A stretch of DNA of 64,000 nt. Origin: Eledone cirrhosa (Eukaryota). This document shows positions 29,766-44,350 of the stretch, piece by piece. A program made the position numbers and the translations under genes. The notes beneath the pieces were generated by a model. It had not been told where the DNA came from. It saw only the letters and a program-made list of their open reading frames with translations, and searched no databases. The first letter of the stretch is position 1. Every line of letters starts with the position of its first letter. The stretch lies in NCBI GenBank assembly GCA_964016885.1, contig OZ024742.1, positions 34,162,001 through 34,226,000 of the forward strand, in the 5' to 3' direction.

Positions 29766-30356
29766 GTCAGGTCACCAGTTGGTGCTACTGGTAACATGTA
29801 TCCTAATACAACCTGTCTCATGTTCGGGTCGTTGGCAACTAAACTGGCAACCCCATCAAGGTTTCTTGGTGAGGAGGGTGGCTTTGAACATCCTGCAGGA
29901 CTAAAAACAAAACCTGTCAAAGGGCAAAGGAGATCTTAAGAGTCAATGGCCATCCAAAATCACCGGGAGAATTCAAGGCAGAATTCTAGGAGAAGGAAAA
30001 CTGTGATATAACACCTGCAACCCTGATGGTATCCAATGATGTTGACTTGTTCTCCTTTTTGGTAAATATCATCTTGTTTAAGAGAGTGGGACTGGCTTTG
30101 TGCAAACCCTTTGCTCACTATAAAAGCGTCACGGCATAGGCATTGCTTTATATCTGGAGATCTCTCTGCACTTGTCGTCACATGGTACCATGCGCCCAGC
30201 ACTATGTGTCAATAATTGTTACAAGTGTAGTGTTTGTACCAGAGTTTTCAAGTCGCTGGCTGGACTAAAAAGTCACACTCGTTCAGCACATCGGTAGAGG
30301 TTCTCCTACATGGATATAAAGTAGTGGCCGTACTCGAAAACGAGTTGGCAGCCACC
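29766..30356 (+). mobile_element. Non-autonomous RTE-like element, copy A
   Basis: Highly similar to copies at 50927 and 53200; (TATG)n on both sides; retains a C2H2-type C-terminal remnant. Confidence 0.85.
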
Positions 30357-30415
30357 ATGTATGTATGTATGTATGTATGTATGTATGTATGTATGTATGT
30401 ATGTATGTATGTATG

Positions 30416-30446
<31 letters not shown>

Positions 30447-30595
30447 GCAGCTGTCCGAGTTTCTCTCGGGCGAAGTCAATATTTACATTAAGGGCGTTAG
30501 TATCCTATTGAATAGCATAGGAATATATACGAAATATAAATATAATTTAAGTTATGACAATAAACTATGCAAAACAGCGATTCATACTTATTGAG

Positions 30596-31113
30596 GGCAT
30601 ACGTTAAGACGGGCGTTCCGGAAAGTGAAAGTAAATTTTTTGACAACACTGTGAATTTGTTATTTTTTTTTTTTTACAACAGGTCTCAATAATGAAAGTT
30701 ACGATACACACGCAATTGTACGATACACACGCAATTGTATGGATTTCTTAATATATATATATATGTGTGGGTGTGTATATGTGTGTATATATGTGTGTAC
30801 ACTGTGAATTTGTTTGTTTATTTACAACAGGTCTCTATAGTGATATGGTGTTAATTAGTATTGCGTGTGTGATTATTTTTTCTTTAGATAGACGTTAAAC
30901 GATGATGATGACACAAACACACATGTATATATACATACAGACACACATATATATACACACATATACACACCCACACATATATATATATTAAGAAATCCAT
31001 ACAATTGCGTGTGTATCGTAACTTTCATTGTAAAAAAAAACAAAAAACAAATTCACAGTGTTGTCAAAAGATTTACTTTCACTTTCCGGAACGCCCGTCT
31101 TAACGTATGCCCT
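30596..31113. repeat. Fold-back element 5: ~170-200-bp inverted arms (30596-30798 / 30941-31113)
   Basis: Reverse-complement match. The left arm has a tandem duplication of cgatacacacgcaattgta and a short insert. Confidence 0.92.
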
Positions 31114-31114
31114 T

Positions 31115-31179
<65 letters not shown>

Positions 31180-31304
31180 TAGATAGATAGATAGATAGAT
31201 AGAGAGAGAGAATGAAAGAGAAAGAGAAAGAGAAAGGGAGATATATAGATAGATTGAGAAAGAGAGAAAGAAAAAGGGAGATAGATAGATAGAGAGAGAG
31301 AATA

Positions 31305-31409
<105 letters not shown>

Positions 31410-31759
31410 GTATGGGAAGAATTGTCATCGAGGATAATTTCCTCTGGCACATAAATATTCTTGGCACGATGGCAACAGATATACGTCAAAATCAGATCGA
31501 TTTGCAATCATAGTTTAAACTAGTGAGCACTGTCTATCTTTGATACGTTCTGTCAGTTATGTGTAAAAATTATTAACAGATTTACTGTGTATATATGGAA
31601 AATTACGAAATCGCAATCTATGCACTCAAAGCAATATAACTGACACATTTTTCAAAATTTACCCCTTACGTTCAAAGTAAAATGGCTCGAACTTATAATA
31701 CAGACGAATAAATGTTTACACTTCACATTCCACCCCCTCCTCACCTTCTCTGCGTGTAA

Positions 31760-31790
<31 letters not shown>

Positions 31791-31839
31791 TATATATATA
31801 TACATATATATGATACATATATATACACACATACACATA

Positions 31840-31910
<71 letters not shown>

Positions 31911-31933
31911 TTATACATATATATATGATACAT

Positions 31934-32007
<74 letters not shown>

Positions 32008-33423
32008 ACACATATATATTATTATAAATGTATATATATATATATATATATACACATATATATATAAATTCGTGTGTATGAGTATGTGTGGTGAAGGCGA
32101 ATTCGGAATATAGTGTCTATCTAATTATTTTCTGAAATGTGAAACGTTTAGCAATGTATGAAAGTCGACAGTCACCAAATTTGTACGTAGAAGAAATGAA
32201 CGAATGATTTGTATTACGAAATAGAAACCACTCCAATAGTTTGTAAAGAAAATACTTAATGAAAGATGGTTGCCAGAAATTTGATTTAAAAGAAAACTAG
32301 TCATGGCTCTGGGTTAAGTTCAATTTCTAATCACGTGGTTACACATTGAGACAGTGGCTTATATGTAATAGATTAGAGTTGGTCAATACCTTGTAAGTGA
32401 ATTTTAACAGATGGCAATTTTGCGGAAGTAAGTCGGCTGTGTGTATATATTTTTGTATGTAGGTATGTATGTATATATGAGTGCATCTGTTTATGTATGT
32501 ATATATGCATGTATGAGCATATACATTCACCCACACGTACACACACACACATATATATATCAACAAAATGCACCCCTCTCTCTCTCACTCTCTCTCTCCA
32601 TATATACATTCGTTTCGTGTTAAAATATCGCTCATCAGTGAAGCTATTGTCGGTTCTATAGATCCAATTCAAATTTGAAATATTTAAGAAGATTAAATTC
32701 TGTTTTTATTTGTTTTTAATTTAATTTCATACTATTTCATTATTCAGTTTAAATGAAAGCAACGTCAGTTATTGGGATAGAAAGAAAAAGAATTTGAACA
32801 ACTGGAACCTATTTATAGAATGGAACCACGTGTTAACTATTTCTGTATTATAGTTTTTTGCTTTTTTTTATTTTTCGAATAACTGTGGAAGAAATCTCAT
32901 AGGTCTCCTAATTCGATAATTCGATAAATCAAGATTTCTCTTGTAATTAATTTGAAATCCTGGAAAAAATCTGTAGCTGGATAACTGTGACCTTCGCTTT
33001 AATTTTAACTCCTTTGAATGAAAGCAAGAATAAAAATATTAAAAAAATGGCAATTTCCATTAGAATGTTGAAGCACGACAGAAAGTGAGAAAGACAAAGT
33101 AATTCAAAGAAAGGGGATTACGAACAGTCTCATTTCATTCTCTACATAGTGTGTGTGTGTGTGTATGTGTGTGTGTGTTCATGTATGTGCGTCATTCTTC
33201 AGTAGCTCTTCTGTTTGTTCCTGATAATATTGGTAGACTCCTTGTATTTTCTTGTTTACAAGTACTTATCCATTGGGTCGAAAGAATTATTTGTATCTTG
33301 TGAGGTTGTTTGTGTATCTGTCAGGATCCAAAGCTTTAAATGCTAACATATACTGGCAGCTGACGAGGTAAGCATTATTTTGTGTTGTTTCACTATGTCT
33401 TATATATATATTTATATATATAG

Positions 33424-33501
<78 letters not shown>

Positions 33502-34119
33502 TAAACGTACATGTCTGTACGTGTTTGTGTGTACGTGTATACATACGCGTGTGCATGTGTGTGTGTGCGTGTTGATCTATATAGGCCTGTTGGCATCTGT
33601 CTATGTATGTACGTGCCTCTCCGGATGAATGTATGCGTATGTTTATATGTTTATATGTTCTCCTTAATGTGTGGGTATAGCGGGAGTCTCTGCGTACGAC
33701 TGTCGGTATCTATGTGGTTGTCTGTATGTGTGTGTGTGTATGGGGTGGGGGTGGGGGGTGTACCACCAGCGGCCAATCACTGGACGCGCGAAGAGGATGA
33801 AGTTTTTGACAGTACTGGCCCATAGGGTCAGATACTCCAGTGAGAGAATATGCTCCGAAATCATTAGACGTGTCCGTCGAACCTGCAGGTCCAGAATCAG
33901 ACAGATCCACACAATGATCGCGTCTCGAGCTCTCCGCCGGCGAAACAATTGTAACACACAATAAATTGAGTTCAGATGCATCACTGATTTTTCATTTTAT
34001 AATATATCATACTCTGCCCTGTAAGAGCATAGAGTGCTCAACCGGCATACCGCCTATGGAAGTATCTTAGCTACCATCTGACACACCCACACACCCACAC
34101 ACACACATAACACACACAC

Positions 34120-34173
<54 letters not shown>

Positions 34174-34772
34174 CCCAATATTTTTTAGTAGTTCTATCAT
34201 ACACAAGCATAGTAAAATGCACACACGCACACACTCACACATGCACGAACATACACGCATTATATAAACACATACATACGTACACACACACACACACACA
34301 TGTATCTATCTATCTATCTATCTATCTCTCTCTCTCTTAAATCTAGCTGTCGTCTGTTCTACAGCGTAGACGTAATTCACTTCGCGCAGAAGTTTTGTTC
34401 CAATTTATTGCTGAAATTTTGTAAGTTCAATTTTAATTTTGATACTATTGTGTAGCTTGACCCCCCGCCCCCCAGTCTGAACTGTCAGGCGGTGGGTCCC
34501 AGGGGCGAAAAGCCTGCTTTTAAAAATTTTGTGGCATGAAATTTCAATCGTCTGACAGAAATGTTAAACGAAGCTAACGAAAATAGTGGTGGTGGGGGGG
34601 GGGGGGGGGGGGGGCAGCGGTAAGAGTTGTAAGCTCGCACGCTTTAGTCCCCCCTTCCTTCCCAACTAACGTCATAGAGAAGGAAAGAAAAAATAAAATA
34701 AAAACAGACGAATGTGCGGAGAAAAATGACGAAAACACAAATCTGGAAATTGATTCCAATAACAAAAAAAAT

Positions 34773-36477
34773 TTGAAAAAAGTGCATGACAGTATTAATA
34801 CCACAAACAAAGACAAAACAAACACAAAAATAACATTTGAAAACAACATCATAACAGAAAGCAAAGCAGACGACAAAGTCAACACCAATAATATTTCATT
34901 TGCACAAACAACAAAGAAATCTTTAACATATATACCTGAAAATATTTCAGATGTGGCACAAAGATTAAAAAACGCCAAACAATACATAACTCAAGGGAAA
35001 AATGGTACCTTATCGGTAAAAATGCCTCAAGAACTCACCAAAGATATTGAAAGTCGGACGGTCGTTTTCCGCACCACCAACAACATCTCTAAAAAACATC
35101 AACAACCAACACAAGCAAAAATTAAAGCAGTATTTACAGAAGTAATTAATGAAACCACTTTCATAAGAAGAGACAGACTGTATGGAAGCCTAGCGATTAT
35201 TATGAAGAACGAATCAGCGGCAAAAAAATATGCTTTGTCGCCGATTCGTTCGACAAATTTTACCTTTTATCCATCTCATATGGGTAAAAGAACTCAGCGC
35301 ATATGGCTGGATGCGATGATGCCAGATGTGGACTACTGCTGGCTCATAGCTGGCTTCATCGATCCAGTGAATGACAACGTGATTTCCATTGGGAAAACCA
35401 CAGGCAATGCGTTCAGTGGAACAGGTATAGAACTTGTAGTGCAAATGAAGCCTGAACGCATTGCCCAAATACCCGACAGAATCCTATTAGAGGGCCACGG
35501 GTATATAAACATTAGCGTGGAGGGGAGAAGGCCGTCCTGTCATATCTGTGCAGGCAGAGGGCACCTGAAGGCGGCTTGTCCCCAACTCAACAAGAAAAAA
35601 ACCCTGCTACCAACACCAGCTCCACCACCACAACAGATAAACAAACAACAAAACTCAGTCCCATCCAACCCGTCCCTCAGTAAAACTACACCACCACCAC
35701 AACACAAACAGACACAACACATTACCCAGAAACAAAACACAGTCCCACCCAACCCCTCACTCAATAAAACAACACAACCACCGCAGCCACAACACACAAC
35801 ACAGTCTAACTTAGTGACATCCATCTCCCCCACAAAGAAAACCAACACGGAAACACTACCAGCAAACATACCTCTTCCCTCCAACACTGAAGATAACCCA
35901 ACGAATTCGGAGGAAGAAACGGAGTCCTTCAGACAGATTAAAAGGAAAAAAAGAAAACATGTGCAAAACACATAAGGCCAAACAACCCCTACCCAAATGT
36001 CAACACAATCCAACAAAACCCAAAACACCCCTCCAGCAACAAACAAAACCAAACCTGTCCCTCCCCTCTTCGAAACACTCACACCATCCGAAAAAAGACA
36101 TTACACTATACTTACTTCAACAGAAACAATAATAAATTAAATGAACTCATAAACAATAACCCTTCGGCAACAAACCGAAGGTGTAAACTTTGTTTCTTCA
36201 GAAACTACCCACATTTAAAATTAATAAAGATCCCAATGAACCTCTAACAAAAACTAAAAAAGGATTTTAAGGAGGACGTAGGACCACCCTCTGTCAAACC
36301 CATAAACCGCGTCCTACTATAAAGCTTTCCCCCTCCCCTTTCCCTCCCCAACACAACTCCAAACACCCCAACCCACCACACACTGACGACACCACACCAC
36401 CACAAGACACCCCTTCACCCAACACCACCGACCCCATGGAAGTCGTGCGACCCGAGCCCCGGAAAGCAGAAAGGTAG
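34773..36477 (+). pseudogene. LINE ORF1 with CCHC knuckle (true start uncertain)
   Basis: CHICAGRGHLKAAC; stops and frameshifts after 35975. Confidence 0.87.
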
Positions 36478-36510
36478 GTCTCTACACTCTCCTTTGGCTT
36501 TGCCGCCCAC

Positions 36511-39500
36511 ATGGATGTGTTAAGAGTAGGATATTTGAATGCACGTGGCCTGGGCTCAACTTGGAAGCAAGCGAAGCTTCTAAATGACCTCAGGTCACGT
36601 GGTATAAATGTAATGGTTATCTGTGAGACTCGAATCAGCGTCGTGCGGTAGCTGGCCCCTACCTTCGATGACTTTGAGGTGCATGCATCTCTCTGTCAAC
36701 CTGGAGGTGGGGGTGGGGTTGTCGAACTGCTGGAAAAACACCTGGGTCTCGCCGTACAGGTTGTTCACTCGGACCCGAAACGTCGTTTGTTGGTGCTAGA
36801 CGTTGACAGTAGTGAAGGTGCGGCCTTGAGACTGGTCGCCGTCTACTCCCCTTTCGGAGCTGAACGACCCGACTTCTTCCAGCGTCTAGAGACTTTTCTG
36901 GGAACGTCGCGTTCCCTGCTTCTAGCGGGGGATTGGAATGACATCCTAGATGCACGTTGGGACTATGCAGGAGCATGTCCTAATAGAGGGGGGTGTAACA
37001 GCCTCAAGGGTTTACTCGACCGTTTTAACTTGGTCGATAGATATCGACTAGATTTTCCAACTGTGCCAACCTGGACTTGGACGAACCATAGTGGTCAATC
37101 TAGATCGTACTTAGATAGATTCTTAGTTAGAAGTAAGGATAGGGACATATAAAGCTGTCCAGAAATGCTCACGGTTGGCTATACTGATCACAAATTAGTG
37201 ACCTGCGTAGTCAATCTCGAGAAAACAGATAGACAGGGTCCCGGTTACTGGAAACTTAATTTGTCTTTACCGGCAAAAGAGACTTACAGAAACCGGATTA
37301 GCAGATTAGTTAAGGAGAGGTTGACGGGTGCAATCGTCAACAACCGATGGTGGGCATCTCTCAAAAGAGAGATTAGAACAGAATCAATAAGTTATAGCAA
37401 GATGTTAGCTGCCGATAGGAATAGGAACGAGAAAGAATTAACAGGTAAATTAGAAGAGGTAATCAAGAGCGAAGATGTGGCCAGAGTGCTGGCATTGAAG
37501 ACGGCCTGGAGCCAGTTTTTCGATGCAAAGCACGAATGCTGCGTCATTCGAAGTAAAATACGTGCTCTAGGTAATGAGGGGGCCAAAGCCGTTGGCTGAG
37601 CCCGCGTGACAGAAGCTAAGAGTGGAAATCGATCCACCATCAGGTCTTTGCAAGACGAGGATGGACGGGTGATCCGGGAGCCTAAGCAGATGTGCGAGAC
37701 CTTTCAAAGGCACTTTGCCCGATTGTTCGGGGGAGGCGAGGGTTCGGGCGGGGACGTGGATTTCGGTCCATACCTCGACGGCCTGCCGCGTCTCTCGAGC
37801 AAAGAGGCAGAGTCCTGCGAGGGACCAATCTCGGCTGATGATATCGGGGATGCGCTGAGCCAATGCAGCAGACGCAAATCTCGAGGTCTCGATGGTATAC
37901 CTTATGAACTTTATTTAGCAATGCCGGTCTTCTTCTCCGAACTCCTCGAAGCAGTCTACTGCAATTGGCAGCAGAATGGGAGAATTCCTTGTTCTGTAGC
38001 CAAGGGCGTCGTCTCGCTGGTGAGGAAGGACGAGAATAAGGGGGATAGTATAAATAATTTTCGGCCCATAACCCTGCTAAATACAGAGTTAAAGATTTTG
38101 GCCAAGGTATTAGCAAAGAGGTTGGCGCTTGTCGTGGGTGGCCTGGTGGGAGATGCGCAGACATGTGCTATCCCATCAAGGTCAATTCACGACAACCTCC
38201 ACCTCATGCGATACATCATAGAGAGGGTTGGCAACAAACCCGGCTTCGGTGGGGCCCTGATCAACTTGGATCAGTCTAAGGCGTTCGATAGGGTCGACCA
38301 TGGTTACCTGGATGCGGTGCTAGCGGCGGCTGGGTTCGGTCCTGTTTTCAGAGGCTGGATCACTGCCTTACATAGCAACCACATCTGTTCTAGGATCAAG
38401 GTGAACGGCTACTTTTCGAAGCCGTTCGAAATCACACGATCCATTCGACAGGGGTGCCCTCTCTCCTCCCTTCTGTACGTATTGACTCTCGAGCCTTTAC
38501 TGAGGAAGTTGGAGTTGTTGAAGGGTATCCCCCTGGAACCAGGATTGAGCAAAGCGGTGTCGGCCTACGCCGATGGTACCTTACTGGAGGAATACGAAAG
38601 GTTGTCAGGAGCGAAACTGAACCGGGAAAAATCCATCGGGCTGCAACTCGGAACGTGGAGAGGCAGACCGATGCCTCCCGACGGTGTCGTCGGACACTGG
38701 ACGGAGGGCCCGGTGAAGTTGCTTGGGGTCTGGTTTGGACCGGACCTCCAGGTGGAAAAGAAATGGGGTGAGGTTACGAACAAGGTTTTTTGCACTAACC
38801 CAGAAATGGTCCAAGTGTAAGCTGTCTCTAAAATGTCGGGCGGAGGTGGCGAACATTTACATAGCGTCCGTCACTTACTACCGCCTGACTGTCGTGCCTT
38901 GCCCTAAGGAAACACTCACCACCATGGAACGCATGCTCTTTCAATTTCTTTGGAAGAAACGCCCTCCTATGGTGAGAAGATCCATCTGCTGCCAACAACC
39001 TTCGAAAGGAGGGCTGGGGATGCCGTGGTTGATGATGCGTAGGCACGCATTAAGGCTACGGCTCCTACAGGTATTCCTCACTGGTCAACCGGTGTGGGCT
39101 CCGTTCGTGAAACGAGCCTTTCCGAGACTCGTCTCGCTCACCGAGCTGCAGTCCTGGGTCAAGCAAAGATCCGGAAAACTGGGAGACTGGCACACTGAGT
39201 GTACCCAGGCGCTCAGGGCTCTCTGGCAAGCGGCCCCAACCATCGGAGAATCTACCTCGTCATTCTATAGAGGGCTGGTGGCTAGCAGGGGCGATGACAC
39301 CCTTGGAGAGTCGTTGGACATGGAAGAGGACGAGCTGGCCAGTATGTTCGGTAGGACTTTCGGCCCGGGACCAATGGACAACTTCCAGAAGTCACTAGCC
39401 TGGAAGTGCTACCGGGGGGCTCTACCCGTTCGAGAAAAGCTCTACAGACACGGGCGCCCGGGCAGGGATCCCTCGAAAAAGATTTGCCCTAGATGCCTGC

Positions 39501-39901
39501 GTCACGAAGAAACCGTTGCGCACGCATTGGTGCAATGTCCGGGCGTGGCTGATCTGTGGGGCTACGCCGAACGACTGCTGTCGCGGGTGGCGCCGATTCG
39601 ATTGACCACCGAGTCCGTGATGACAATCAAGCCGCCTCCCCTCTTCACAAAGGAAGCAAAGGCGGTTTTACTGTGCGTAATAGCCATGTTGAAAGAGGTT
39701 ATTTGGTGGACACGATTGAAAGGTCTGAGGTCAGGCAACTTCCTCTCTGGCCATAGTCTGGTCTACTTCTTCCGATATCACTTCGGAAGAAGGATAAGAA
39801 TGGAGAGAGAGGTGCTTGGCCACAGCCAGTTTTATGAAAGGTGGGTGATAGTGGCGAGAATTGCTCGTGTAAATAGTCCTTCTCTGTATACCATCCTGTA
39901 G
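36511..39901 (+). pseudogene. LINE ORF2 (APE + RT), with multiple stops and a deletion in YADD
   Basis: ATG at 36511 (MDVLRVGYLNARG); same motifs as copy 2; reads AYADGTLL. Confidence 0.94.
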
Positions 39902-40118
39902 GTAAAGAAGTGAAGGAGAGGGGAGAACCTTCTCCATGTGCTCCCCGGGCAAAGGATTGCACACTTTTTCGGGGGTATGTGCAACCCCCATCACGTCCCC
40001 TCTCTTTTGAGGTTGTTTTCGATTATTTTCATTTTATACCCTTTTTACTCGGTTTTATGTAAACTCCCCCCCCTCTTTGTATTTGTCCCTTCTTTTTATG
40101 CCTTTATGGTAAATAAAG

Positions 40119-40261
<143 letters not shown>

Positions 40262-40455
40262 AAGTGAGTCTGGGACGCTGGGAACGAGCAGACCACTGAT
40301 CATGTGAGTACTCGATACATGGGGAGATCTAGAGTGGGTACCCTTGAAACGCTTGCTGGACACACAAGCCAAAACCACTTTTGCTCCGCGGTCGGGGTTT
40401 TACACATATCTCTACCCCCAATCTCTCTATGTCTGTCTGTCTCTCTCTCTCTCTC

Positions 40456-40616
<161 letters not shown>

Positions 40617-41733
40617 GTATATATGATAATAAGGGCGCTGCGGAGTTGCAAATGGGTTACATATGAAAAAAGTTTGTCCTTCATCAGTGATCTTCCAACC
40701 TTCATAGGCATTTCATCGCTTTAAAGACCATATACCTCCGGTTGGTGCGAGCAACGGCTAAAAAAAGTCGTTGGGACACGTAAATAAAGGGGACGCGAGG
40801 GTAAACAAACAAAATGGTGAAGCAACAGAAAGTGAGGAAGAAGGAGACAAGTCCCAAATTTCTATGAATTTAAATTCGGTGAAATCGCGAACGAGAGAAT
40901 AAAGACCATCAAACATATATATATATAAATATATATTAGGTATAGGATTATCCAAGATGTAGTAATGGTTAATTACTACACTGGATATGGTTGACGTGCG
41001 GTGAGAGGTTACTCTACAAGTTATGGAAGAATTGTTGAAGAAACTTAGTTCCTGATCCTTCTGTATTCCGGAGTGTATATAAAGAATGAATAATAACAGG
41101 TAGACATCATAAAAAGGTAATTTATTCCGTGTGCTTACAAATGTTTCCACGGTGGTACTACAGCCTAGTTATGCTATGTGCAAATTTACAACTATTTGCA
41201 GAACTCAAATATCCAATGCTGTGACCACTGTATCCCCAGAGCAGAATGGTAAAATGTACAATGTAAATACCCTTAAGTGGGGTTGTTGGAGAAGATAGAG
41301 TAGAAAAGGAAGAGAGAAAAGTAGGGGAGAGGGAGAGAGAGAGAAAGATATGCAGGGTTTGGAGAAGTAGGAGAGAGTGGTTTGTAGATATCTTAATCAA
41401 AATGTTATGGTAGGGGTTTTATTATACTGGTTACTTTTGGAGAGATGCGTTGATAGTTAAGGTCGGAATTATTTATTGCCCCAGAGGGCAGGTTCATAGA
41501 TGTGGAGAGGGAGGTAGGCCAAAGGCGAGAGAGAGAGAGTGTAATGGATGTAGAGAGAGATGTAGAGAAGGGACAGACGAAGTTTATGTGGTGAGTGAAT
41601 TTTGGGTTTGTAGTAGTAATCAGCGAATTGCACTGAGTTACCATTTATAGTGATAAGCAGTGTATTGTCTTGTAGTGTGGGGGAAGAGAAGGTGGTTAGC
41701 TAGAAAACGATGTTATAGTTACGAGTTCGAATG

Positions 41734-43803
41734 TTAAGTCATTTTATAGTGAGAGAATTTAGCCTTTAGTTTGTGGTTGCAGATCGTTCAATTCTATCGT
41801 TAAGTAGTTTGTTTTGGGATTTTAATATGTAAAAGAGTTCAAGGTTACATAACCTGCAGTACTTCAATCCACTCCGATATGCACTTGCGCTGGAAAGTAT
41901 ATCCTATTTTAAGGTGAACTGTTGGTTGCGTTCACGGAGTTGCCAAGTCTTGTTGGCGAGCGTGGTCACAAAACGGTGATTAGGATGTTTGATTGAGAAT
42001 CGATGACGGTACCAGCAAGATTTAAACGAGGTGGTGGTAGATCCGATATAATACCATTTCTGGTCGTTCGATTCAACCGTGCATTGGTAAACAATGTTGG
42101 ACTTTAGGCATTCATTCTTCAATGGACATCTTTCAGGTAGATGGCAGTTACATTCTTTGTTGTGGGTAGCGGGTATACCATGGATAGGTTGTGATAGCAG
42201 TGCAGGTGGATTGTGTAATACCCGTCTCCCATTTAGTGGTTGGGAGGCAGATATTACGTTCTGCCCATCTGTTACTAAAATGTTTTGTTTTGTAGAGTTG
42301 TTTAATTGCCTTAAGTTAAGTTTTTTTTGTGTATGCTTCAAGGTTTGGTGCCGTGGAGTGTGATAGTCTAATAGTTTTAGAGTTCAGAATTTTGCTGTAT
42401 TTATGGGAACTAGGGAAATGTTTGTTGATTAACTTAAAGAATGAAAGAGATAGTTTTGTACTAATCGAGGCATTAAAAATAGGATTGTACCAGATATACT
42501 TTCTACAACGTGATTTATTTGGTGGTGATTTTCTATTATTAGTATGTCTGGTAGTACTGTGTGTGTGCGCTTGTATTTTAGTCCCCCGGTTACGTATTCC
42601 TTGATTTCGTGTAGAGTTATGTGTGTTATGGAGATTCCTATCAATGTATTCTATTGTATCCCGGTGGTCGGCATTCCTTAATGCATTATTGTAGTATTCA
42701 GCGTGTTCACTAAAAATATCAGAGTTAGACGATAGGCGAAAGATTCTAAGAGAAATACTCCGGGGAACCGATTTAATCATGGAGAGTGGGTGGTTTGAGT
42801 TAAAGTTAATATACGTAAGGTTCTCATTCATCTTGTGGAAGGGTCGTATCTGTCCGGTATTTAAATTAAGAGTTACGTCCAGAAAGTTTACTACTTTAAG
42901 ATTGTATTCGTATGTTATTTTTAGACCCAGTTCACTAAAAGATTTTCTAATATTTTTCCGTAGCCTTTCAAGACTTTGGTTATTCAAGTTATTAACTAAC
43001 AAGAGCCTGTCATCTCTGTATATCCCCCCCCCCCGTAGATTACTAAATTTATTATGTAATATGTTGGCTATGTAAATTCCCACGAGATCTGTGACCTCCG
43101 CCGAGTCGTTGGAACCCATGGTAAAGTCGAAGTTTGTGGGTCTGTCCTTACGTTCCCAGTAGCAGTTATCAAACTTAATAATGGTTTTTCTAGCCTCGAG
43201 AATAATATTAATTTCGCCCTCCATTAGGTCGGAATTGACCTTAGTAAACGATAGGGCCTTACGTAAAGTGCTTGGTGAGATGGAAGAGTAGTATTCGTCT
43301 ATGTCAAATTGTATAAACTTAGATTTATTCTTATTCTTAACGTTATTAAACCAGCGAATTGCTTCGCTAGTGTTGCCCCATAATTTAATTTCAATTTTCT
43401 TTTTCACTTGAGTTATTACTCTGTCAAGTATATGTTTGCTAATTTTTCCTATGTCTGATTTAGAAGGGCATATAAGTCTAATCTTAGGGTTAGAGTAAAA
43501 ATTTACCTTATGGTCCTTCAGGTTGAGGGTGGGGGTAGCGGGTATAATCGGCTCGGTTCTATCGTCTATCTTGAGATTCTTCACCACTTTATATGCCTCG
43601 TTGTTAATATTTGCTAGCGTAGTTTCATTTGTTTTTCTATATTTTTTGTGTAGTTCGTTGCGTATGAAGTTATTGTACGTATCGATATCCATGGTATACA
43701 CGTTAGAGGTCTTGTCAGCTTTCACAACAATTCCATTGGTATTTTGCAAACTTCGGAGTAGTGCTTTCATATTGCTGAACTTAATGTTCATGGTCCTTTT
43801 CAT
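41734..43803 (-). pseudogene. Penelope-like retroelement ORF (Naiad-type RT + C-terminal GIY-YIG endonuclease), disrupted
   Basis: RT motifs KADK, FIQFDIDEYYSSIS, FDFTMGSNDSAE, GIYRDD and VNFLDVTLNL. EN motifs CNC..CPL...CL..NIVYQ..YYIGST, then CRLC, LLNDR and CNHK past a TAG and a frameshift. Confidence 0.93.
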
Positions 43804-43903
43804 TAAATCTTCATATAACCTTTATATATAAATATATATATATAAACGGAAAAAATGAAACGAAATTTCATTTCCCACTCTTAGTACGGCAGTTACTTAA
43901 ATA

Positions 43904-44350
43904 TAAGTCTGTATACGTACATACATATATGTATACAGACGTACAGTAGTATGTATATATACATACATGCATACATATATATATATGTACGTATGGATTC
44001 ACCAAACATTTATTATAATGCTCGGTGTGTTTGTAAACAAACATCCCGTATTAAGCCGTAGTGTCTAGCAACCACCGTTGCTCGTTTGTTGAATACTGAC
44101 AAAGGAACGCTGTACTAGTTTCAAGCTTATTAGCTATCGTCAGCAACGTATCCCTTCCTGCCAGATAGATGAACGTCTGCCGTTAATATGCATAAGGAAA
44201 GTATATACTTTCGGACGTTACAACACACCGAGCATTATAATAAATGTTTGGTGAATCCATACGTACATATATATATGTGTGCATGTATGTATATATATAT
44301 ACAACTACTGTACGTCTGTATACATATATGTATGTACGTATACATACTTA
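43904..44350. repeat. Fold-back element 6: ~130-bp inverted arms (43904-44037 / 44217-44350) enclosing a hammerhead
   Basis: Reverse-complement arms; TA-rich flanks. Confidence 0.93.
44108..44148 (-). ncRNA. Minimal type I hammerhead ribozyme, near intact
   Basis: CGTTG-CTGACGA-TAGCT(aata)AGCTT-GAAA-CTAGT-A-CAGCG: 5-bp stem I, canonical core, palindromic stem III ACTAGT and GUA triplet; U-U at the base of stem II. Confidence 0.82.

Noticed and set aside
40660-40695. Hammerhead (CTGATGAAGG on the minus strand); also half-motifs near 3080, 12780, 46140 and 46540
   Set aside because: The GAAA/stem III half or the core is missing, so they are too decayed to call.
41734-42341. Selenocysteine recoding, as reported in some Naiad elements
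   Set aside because: Conserved Cys positions use TGT/TGC, the in-frame stop is a TAG at an expected Trp, and no SECIS was evident by eye.
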